DNA from: Meyerozyma guilliermondii
Lineage: Eukaryota
Length of the DNA stretch: 64,000 nt
Assembly (NCBI GenBank): GCA_051546255.1
Contig: CP128818.1
Coordinates: 1,054,001 to 1,118,000, forward strand
Direction: 5' to 3'
Below are positions 58,301-64,000 of the stretch, piece by piece. How positions within the stretch are numbered: position 1 is the stretch's first letter; every line of letters begins with the position of its first letter. The notes under the pieces were generated by a model. It was given only the letters and a program-made list of their open reading frames with translations. It had not been told where the DNA came from and did not search any database. The position numbers and the translations under genes were made by a program.

Positions 58301-59613
58301 CATACTTGATGAAGATCTTGTTCACTTTTGAAGGATTTCACCATTGAGGTAATGAATGCTGCAAACCTTTCGCCATAAGGGCACGATTCGTCGCCGGCTT
58401 CGTTACGTACAACAAAGTGAGTAGCAAGCATGGCATATGGCAAAAAAGTCAGTTTGAGAAATTCGGGTCCAAATTTTAAAAGATGCATATTTTCATGAGG
58501 AAGCGAAAGTGTCAAGTTCAATGCAAATTTACGAACAGAGTCCATGGTGGCCTTGAAACCAGTTGAAAGAAGACACAATCCCCAAGAAGAATGAACATTG
58601 GATTTGGGCGAGATGAGGTCGACTATAGCACCAGATCCAGCTTGTGCTTGGTGCAACGAAGTGTCAATAGCTACCACTTCGTAGAGGGTCACAAATCTCT
58701 GCCATTCTTCAAGATAAGTCTTGTGACTAGCTTGGTCCCACAGCATTATCTCGTTCTTGAAACTTGAGTCGATAAGTTTGACTGAATACTGAAGAATTGA
58801 AAGTGATATTCTTCTGTGTTCCGGCGAAAGACTCGACAAACCTAGTTGAAGAAGCTTCCAATATTCGGCTCCTGAGAGCACACTTTGGTATTTTTGAAAG
58901 AGATGGGTATCAGAACCTTGAACCTGAGAAATATAATCAACACTTCTTATCCACAAAGTGAAGGCAGCAGTGAGTTGATTTGTCAGGCCATTTGCAGCCA
59001 CTTCGAATATGGTATTCCACACATGGTCGAAATCGCCATCTTGTAAAATATGCTGTACTCTCCATCTGAGAACTCTAGTCACAGCAGCTAGAACCTCATC
59101 TTCGTTGATAGCAAGAAAAGAGTATAATAATTTATCCAAGCTTTTGTAAGACTGATGTTGCGAATCTTTGCATGCAATGAACAATTTTTCCAAGAACGAA
59201 ATTCGGTTTTGGATCGAGTCAAGCTGAATGTAACTCTCAGAACTAATCAGGTAGCTGAACTGTTTAGCTATCTGTGGAAGAAATTGACTTTTGGAACCCA
59301 CAAGAAAGCTGCAAAGATCCAGCTCTATCTTCTCTATTATACGACTTTGAAAGCTGGGAATCACCTTCAAAAGTTCAATTGCCGACAGTATATCGGATGT
59401 GTTATCGGAGCTGTATATATCATCAATATAGAGCCATATGCTAGCAGCTACGGCTGAATCAAGACCAAGATCAAGATGCGAATCCGATACTATTTCACAT
59501 ATAATCGTCAGATTTTGTGGTTTGGTATGGAGCTGCGATGCTAGATCCAAGACTAAAGCTTGGAGCTGACTGTCGTCAAGACTTGAAGCAAGAAGCTTGA
59601 CAGAACCAGACAT
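55384..59613 (-). CDS. TRM3: tRNA Gm18 2'-O-methyltransferase
   Basis: About 1400 aa; C-terminal SpoU domain LIVVSSLVDKAPNLGGICRLCDVLG...LEQTD...GREKEGIP...RSMNIQTA. Confidence 0.93.
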   Translation of the reverse strand: MSGSVKLLASSLDDSQLQALVLDLASQLHTKPQNLTIICEIVSDSHLDLGLDSAVAASIWLYIDDIYSSDNTSDILSAIELLKVIPSFQSRIIEKIELDLCSFLVGSKSQFLPQIAKQFSYLISSESYIQLDSIQNRISFLEKLFIACKDSQHQSYKSLDKLLYSFLAINEDEVLAAVTRVLRWRVQHILQDGDFDHVWNTIFEVAANGLTNQLTAAFTLWIRSVDYISQVQGSDTHLFQKYQSVLSGAEYWKLLQLGLSSLSPEHRRISLSILQYSVKLIDSSFKNEIMLWDQASHKTYLEEWQRFVTLYEVVAIDTSLHQAQAGSGAIVDLISPKSNVHSSWGLCLLSTGFKATMDSVRKFALNLTLSLPHENMHLLKFGPEFLKLTFLPYAMLATHFVVRNEAGDESCPYGERFAAFITSMVKSFKSEQDLHQVCGIILEVLQSHKEAFDPARIYLGFGLLQGLKGPTLTYEKHIEPLIELFECNCEGDVFECTSQTIYLHLLLKFKLTSLKQFVSSVDKFVKFNGVRVLNKEMPHIIDYLKKCSLQEEDFVSLLELNIQTDERVLTFSLADLYCEGSWPRLEIFLSKQDDLFLSSLLASNFKIPSLALKPEISKLFESMISRAEKSRDHLLIDKLSVVESHRLAVLSTPSSIKSLFDFLESEVTSQNHSVLTGLLNTFRFLNKIIQGGEWPSFLTTEILYQLKGNLFVNSQEATKQDTNFYKLKDQVEGLFIDLLCLFVGQKDLPEPDLLSLLDLVEGSTNLARNLSVCSFVETCLSKNYTEQLIEELSKKLADVWSELDSSRLQLNQKALQVSVLRNMFSSKMLFAAKSNSTISSRIHEVALSVIANAPGRRTILPVLTECLYAFKVADTKSFESLPFIHEILVLSFTVYQIRYNVFKLESVIGGFFDTNFNFDNGGLYAQTYGAPEISARVNVLATLATSCSPEFCSNVIEYILSHEDTLHLFKPIKATDGTEEWTRIQLMTIVVAMIENSLFESESTVKIFMDMLGKEPSPLVRVYIEWILALSLKNYKVIFDGFSSINESSGNLPVLFTAYERIVFLLSQKLDAEEQSKLLAQLLPHVIIGSTSNKALIRHFSLSLMCSIYSEVKNKNLNIPEDINTLVSEVYVSAVKSEAYGKYRNGDALLWDIKQDLSLVGLLGGVLLKVSDRQVDSVSESVIKANMSSEQILSLSIPVGSDQKQLWISERKHQDSKRDLGHSSIFQEVEGQSPLQTKSGAWNGTIDLKDEKAVKRSDLIVVSSLVDKAPNLGGICRLCDVLGAGLLTLADIRVKNSPHFKNVAVTADRWMPMEEVPVDQIKNYMVQKKSEGYTLVGLEQTDKSLELNSELKFPKKTLMLLGREKEGIPGDLLAELDFCVEIKQVGVIRSMNIQTATAVIVHAYSTQHC

Positions 59614-59622
59614 ACCGGTGGT

Positions 59623-59642
59623 TGAAAATTTACGGCGATGAG
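59623..59642. promoter_or_regulatory. RRPE-like and PAC elements upstream of TRM3
   Basis: TGAAAATTT followed by GCGATGAG. Confidence 0.65.
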
Positions 59643-60334
59643 GTAATGGCAAGTGAGGTGTTTGGGTGTATATACAGGTAAGGAATTGATACTAAAAGCA
59701 TTCTTTTTCACTTTGGTGAGTCTCCGTAGGAAAGACTTCAGAGCGATCTCCGTGAGTTTTAGGTATTTAACACCTAGCTGTGGTAGTCAAATTACTACGG
59801 GAAGATTAAGTTCTAGTTCCTGATAATGGACGTACTGCAGACAGTAGAGTAAGATGCAAGTTATTAAAGTGAAACATTTACAAGTATGGAGAGCCATGAA
59901 AACTTAACTTGAATACGAATTCATCAGTAAATTGAATTGAGCAAGCTTTCTTTGAATTGTCGTTTGCTTTTCATTTTCCTCATTTTTTTAACAATTTGTC
60001 AGAATTTGCAACCTTCGTATTCTAGCTTAAAGCCACCAAAATCCAAATCTGAAAGCAATTTAGATTAAACTATTATCCCAAGTCAACAATCAAACTTATG
60101 AAAATTCCAGATCAGACCCTTTTTTCCTTGTCGGCACTCAGTCCTTATCAGGAAATATGCGACATATATGCGCCGCACATCAGATTTCCGCCAGTAATCT
60201 TGAGATTAATTCTTCTTTCTATACTTTACCACATCAGTTTTCGTTGCCGAAATTTCTCCCGAGTACTCAGAACGTGCTAAACACCACCCCCAGCTATTCG
60301 AAATAAACTACTGGTACAATATACTCAACAACAA

Positions 60335-61549
60335 ATGGACTATATTAGTTCCAATGTTCTGACAAAGAGCGGAAACCGAATCCCGAACACTACCAAAAGG
60401 TTATTTCTGACGGACGAAGACTGGAGTTCTACCTTGGTAATTGCCATAACTTTGGTTTCTATCATTATTGTATATTTTCAATTTTTCAGATCCAAGTTTT
60501 TAGATGCAAAAAGTTCAAAAATACCAGTCAAGAGCGTTGCAAAGGACTTTTCCTGGGACCTGGTAACGCCGCTCAAATCTTACCCGTTCAAAAACAAGGA
60601 GTACAAGCTTACTATGGGGATCCGCAACGTTGATCCTCAAGATTGGCTTTTAGTTGAGCCGTCATACAAAACTCAATTGGAAGAAAAACGTAAAATTTTG
60701 ACGAATACTCACCTGCGTTATCCTCCAGAAAAGGACCTCACGTCGCTGACATTGTTTGTAACGAAAGAAGCGGTCCCCGCAATCCACGAATTCTATGATA
60801 TAGTGGTGAATTACATGTGCACAAAGTACCCGATGCATTTCACCAAAAAGGGCTCATTTCTCCACAACTCAATTACAAACGAAACCGTCCCCTATTCGGC
60901 TTCGAAGAATATCAATGCTGAGACCCACTTGCTCAACTTGGCCAGAACCATCCAGGAAGATTTCATCATTTTGCTAAAAGATCCAAGCCGTGAGGATGAA
61001 AAAGACGGCACCGAGTACTTCTTTAAAGGAGGTGTATTTGCATTTGCTGCAGGGTTTGACCCCAAAACTCGCTTCAACACACCTCTCTCATTCGTGCACC
61101 ATCCCATTCCGGGGTACGAAGAGAAACTTAAGCTCTCTATGAACCGTTTTTTCACTCGAATCGAACCTGGTCAGTTCGTCACAAGGAGCAACTTTTCAGT
61201 CCAAACTCACGACTTATACTATGTTGACGATGCAAATAAGGGACACAACTTGCCTGAGGATTACGACCAGAAACCAATTCCCTTCAACGAGCTTGATTTT
61301 GATACTCAGGTTCATTATCGAAGTGAACGACAAGTTCTCACCAAACTTCCGAAATCAAAGGCAGTTGTGTTCACGATTAGAACTTACCTAGAACCCATCA
61401 GTGCTCTCAAAAAGGAGGGACCGGAAGTTTGTGATAGACTTATTGGTGCCATTAATGGTTTTCCTCATGATATTGCAACATATAAACGGGCCTACGAATG
61501 GGGACCTCCGGTCAAGCAGTATTTGCTGCAAAACGATTCAGCTTTATAA
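60335..61549 (+). CDS. DUF3445/HRQ family protein (heme-dependent oxidative N-demethylase alpha-subunit-like) with an N-terminal TM
   Basis: YKLTMGIR, IQEDFIIL, GFDP, VHHPIPGY, SMNRFF, RSNFSVQ, YRSERQVLTKLPKSKAVVFTIRTYL. Confidence 0.8.
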   Translation: MDYISSNVLTKSGNRIPNTTKRLFLTDEDWSSTLVIAITLVSIIIVYFQFFRSKFLDAKSSKIPVKSVAKDFSWDLVTPLKSYPFKNKEYKLTMGIRNVDPQDWLLVEPSYKTQLEEKRKILTNTHLRYPPEKDLTSLTLFVTKEAVPAIHEFYDIVVNYMCTKYPMHFTKKGSFLHNSITNETVPYSASKNINAETHLLNLARTIQEDFIILLKDPSREDEKDGTEYFFKGGVFAFAAGFDPKTRFNTPLSFVHHPIPGYEEKLKLSMNRFFTRIEPGQFVTRSNFSVQTHDLYYVDDANKGHNLPEDYDQKPIPFNELDFDTQVHYRSERQVLTKLPKSKAVVFTIRTYLEPISALKKEGPEVCDRLIGAINGFPHDIATYKRAYEWGPPVKQYLLQNDSAL

Positions 61550-61583
61550 TCATTTATAACGAACCACTCTATAATAGAAACAG

Positions 61584-63179
61584 CTATAACTTTGCTATCT
61601 CGTCGCGTATATCCTCCCATACATCCACATTCTTTTGAGCCCAAGCCATGAGAAACGAGTTATATCGTGCCAATATTCCGAGCAATTCCTTCAATTGTTT
61701 TTCGTGAAAGGTCTCGCTATTCTTGCCAATCTCATCAGTGATGTACGAAATATCCAGAATCATGATTTTCTGGCATTTCTCTAGCGTAGAGAGTCGCTGC
61801 TTGACATCCTCCAATTTCTGCTTTCTCGTGAGCTCTGGGTTCTGATCCATCATGTCAGTAACGTACAGAGAAAGTTTCTTGAACCCCGGCAACTTGAATC
61901 TTGATCCTACCGCATCTGGAACCAGCTGTCCCGATTGAAGCACTTGCAATGCTTGCTTCTTTTCCTTGATTTCGGCGTCCACAAGCTCTTGTTGTTTAAG
62001 CTTGCGAGCTTCGAATTTGTTTAAAGACTGCAATACAGAAGTGTACTGAACCGCCTCTCCCAAAGGCTCGGAGAACTTTGTTTCTAGATCGGAAACAAGC
62101 GAGTTAATGGTGATGTAGGATCTGTCAAAAACCTGGCCTATTTTATCAAATATGACATTTAGCTTTGCACTGACAATGTTGTCTCTGATGCTAATCTCTG
62201 GAGGATCAGACAAATCCATGGATATGGCATTGAAGACGGAGCCCAATTCACTGTAATCCTTTGATATGCCTATGAAATTCTCGGTGATTCGGCGGTTTAT
62301 CAAGTCAAGGCCAGAAGTGTACGATGCTAGCGCCGGTGGTGATTGGTCCAGATTTGGTTCAGAGCTCTCTCCACCGTTCAGGAAAAGACCAGCTTTCCTC
62401 GATAGGCGTTTTCCGTTGCTCAGAATTGGTCGTAAAAACATGTTGATGGGATGGTCCAGAGGTATGGGCAAATGCGAGTACAACGGATCGGTCTTGAGTC
62501 CGTTTTCTGGATTCAGCTGATATATCAGTTTGGGGAGGTGGTTGTATATGAGTTTGATTTCGTCGGACCAATTGGCGTTGGGGTCCAAGAACTTGGCAAA
62601 GAATTCGAGATTTCGTATTTGGGAGATTTGGAGACAACTGTTCAAAAAACTGGCAAGAAGCCGTTTTCGGTGCTCAATGAGCTTGTTCTTGTTAAGATGG
62701 GTGGAATTGATGTATGAATACGACTCGGGCGTTCCCGAATCGATATCGCTGGCGCCCGATGCGGAGGAAGACAGCACCAACTCCATCACGTTCAACCGAA
62801 AATAATTCTTAGGAGGAATCGGGGGAATGACCACAAGTGGGAACGTCTTCACCAACACTTCTCGCAAGCTTTCGAAGTCACTGTAACGTCGTCTTGTATT
62901 AATATCATCATTTTCGTCATCGCTCACAAGCCTTATGGTGTACACCACGTACTTTTTCAGCAGGTTCAGCATACCTTCGTTGGAATTTCCAGCCTCTGCA
63001 ATCATGGCTTGCACTTTAGACTGATTCCGAAGCATCTTGGTCACTCTGGAGTCGTAATTGCTAGTGGCAAGTGTGGTACCAGCAGTCTTATAAAGTAGTA
63101 CAGATTCGTCCGGGACACTTGACGAGTCCAAAGTGTGCTGCTTATGCAGCCCCAGCCGCCCTGGTTCGTTTTCAGTCAT
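61584..63179 (-). CDS. PX-BAR sorting nexin (Snx41/Atg20-like)
   Basis: RRRYSDFESLREVL...PLVVIPPIPPK, IEHRKRLL..FL, FLDPNANW; LE.KFSEPLGE; WAQKNVDVWE. Confidence 0.85.
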   Translation of the reverse strand: MTENEPGRLGLHKQHTLDSSSVPDESVLLYKTAGTTLATSNYDSRVTKMLRNQSKVQAMIAEAGNSNEGMLNLLKKYVVYTIRLVSDDENDDINTRRRYSDFESLREVLVKTFPLVVIPPIPPKNYFRLNVMELVLSSSASGASDIDSGTPESYSYINSTHLNKNKLIEHRKRLLASFLNSCLQISQIRNLEFFAKFLDPNANWSDEIKLIYNHLPKLIYQLNPENGLKTDPLYSHLPIPLDHPINMFLRPILSNGKRLSRKAGLFLNGGESSEPNLDQSPPALASYTSGLDLINRRITENFIGISKDYSELGSVFNAISMDLSDPPEISIRDNIVSAKLNVIFDKIGQVFDRSYITINSLVSDLETKFSEPLGEAVQYTSVLQSLNKFEARKLKQQELVDAEIKEKKQALQVLQSGQLVPDAVGSRFKLPGFKKLSLYVTDMMDQNPELTRKQKLEDVKQRLSTLEKCQKIMILDISYITDEIGKNSETFHEKQLKELLGILARYNSFLMAWAQKNVDVWEDIRDEIAKL

Positions 63180-63360
63180 TTAAATCCCAACCTATGTCCC
63201 ACAGCTTTCAATGTAGAACACACTGGGAGGTATCCTAGTTTCATCTGGGGTACCGCATGATAGACACGCACCCACACACCCACACCAGTCACGAGATACA
63301 GATCCAAGCACCCGCTGATTCCGCTCTTCTCTCAACACAACAGTCGCTGCAAAACACCCC

Positions 63361-64000
63361 ATGGCTGAGGCATCTACGGTAGAGACGGAGTTCGCTGCGC
63401 GAGTCCAGGAGTTCTACCATGACCAAAGTGATCCAATCCAGTTGGTTGTGGCTTTTAAAGCTTTGTGTGCAGTGAAAGCGTTACTGGCCGCCGCAAACCT
63501 CGAGGAACACGGTGCTAAAAGTTCGTATTTTCAGGAAGAATTTGAGAATTGGGACTTGGAAACCAAGTTGTGGCACCTTGTGGAAGTGCTCTATCTGTAC
63601 AGACTTGCGGAGAATGAGGAAGTGATCGCAGAAAACCAATATTCATCGATATCGGTGTTACAAGAAAACGTATTGCGTCAAAATCCGAAATTAAAAGAGC
63701 TTCTGATCATTTTGGGGTGGCTACAAACAAACTCCAAGGGTGTGGATGTACCAGGGTCTCTCTCAAATACGTCAAAATGGAGTAATACAAGACAGGCACT
63801 TGCCAATAAAGACCTTAATGTCTTAACTACCCACGGCCACACCGGCGAAACAGACACAAAACTACAAAACATCGATCCCGATGCCCCTATACGACAAGCA
63901 TGCCCAGTAATGGCCGAAGACGATCTTCGTGACTCACAGGTTTTCCGAACAATTTATCAATTAATACTATCTGGTCAGCTCCAAGAAGCCATAGAATTGG
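63361..64000 (+). CDS. NUP84: Nucleoporin Nup84/Nup107, 5' part (runs off the window; absent from the ORF track)
   Basis: Open frame from ATG 63361: ENWDLETKLWHLVE, KELLIILGWLQ, KWSNT, IDPDAPIR, IYQLILSGQLQEAIEL. Confidence 0.8.
   Translation, partial: MAEASTVETEFAARVQEFYHDQSDPIQLVVAFKALCAVKALLAAANLEEHGAKSSYFQEEFENWDLETKLWHLVEVLYLYRLAENEEVIAENQYSSISVLQENVLRQNPKLKELLIILGWLQTNSKGVDVPGSLSNTSKWSNTRQALANKDLNVLTTHGHTGETDTKLQNIDPDAPIRQACPVMAEDDLRDSQVFRTIYQLILSGQLQEAIEL

Noticed and set aside
63269..63286. CACCCACACACCCACACC resembling S. cerevisiae C1-3A telomere repeats
   Set aside because: Only 18 bp, inside a divergent promoter; CUG-clade telomeres use different repeats; at most a transcription-factor site
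1..64000. Transposons, LTRs, CRISPR arrays, spliceosomal introns
   Set aside because: No transposase/RT/integrase ORF, long terminal or regularly spaced repeats, or convincing GTATGT-TACTAAC-YAG intron seen by eye; short or degenerate ones could have been missed

Overview
Gene-dense, essentially intron-free DNA from a budding yeast that uses the alternative yeast (CUG=Ser) code. CTG falls at conserved Ser sites in Fzo1, Ssq1 and Pre5. Composition and compactness suggest a Meyerozyma/Debaryomycetaceae-like genome, but the species is not confirmed. The window has two zones. Zone 1 (about 1-18.9 kb) is accessory and holds two adjacent catabolic gene clusters. Cluster A has a Dur3-like transporter, an amino-acid permease, a DapA-family aldolase lacking the DHDPS Arg, a Ppr1/UaY-like Zn2Cys6 regulator, a peroxisomal FMN 2-hydroxy-acid-oxidase-family enzyme with an altered active site, and an ALDH. 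The promoters from the permease to the ALDH share eight CGG-N7-CCG sites, and most cluster A promoters carry GATA boxes. Cluster B is a MAL-like locus (activator plus permease) whose hydrolase is a GH127 beta-L-arabinofuranosidase-family protein rather than a maltase. A degenerate 5S rRNA relic lies at the junction of the two clusters. One testable inference is that together they use arabinosylated hydroxyproline or another hydroxy-amino acid. Zone 2 (about 19-64 kb) is mostly housekeeping genes (SPP1, MSI1, VPS55, EMC4, TAN1, SSQ1, PRE5, SEC15, IRC6, DAL3, FZO1, SRP14, UBX3, RAM1, PTP2/3-like, NUR1, NUP53, RRP42, TRM3, SNX41-like, partial NUP84). It also has a siderophore transporter, a DUF3445 protein and a tandem tRNA-Arg/tRNA-Phe pair. 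All family calls come from motifs recognised by eye; no database searches were run. Several starts were moved downstream of the ORF-track starts.
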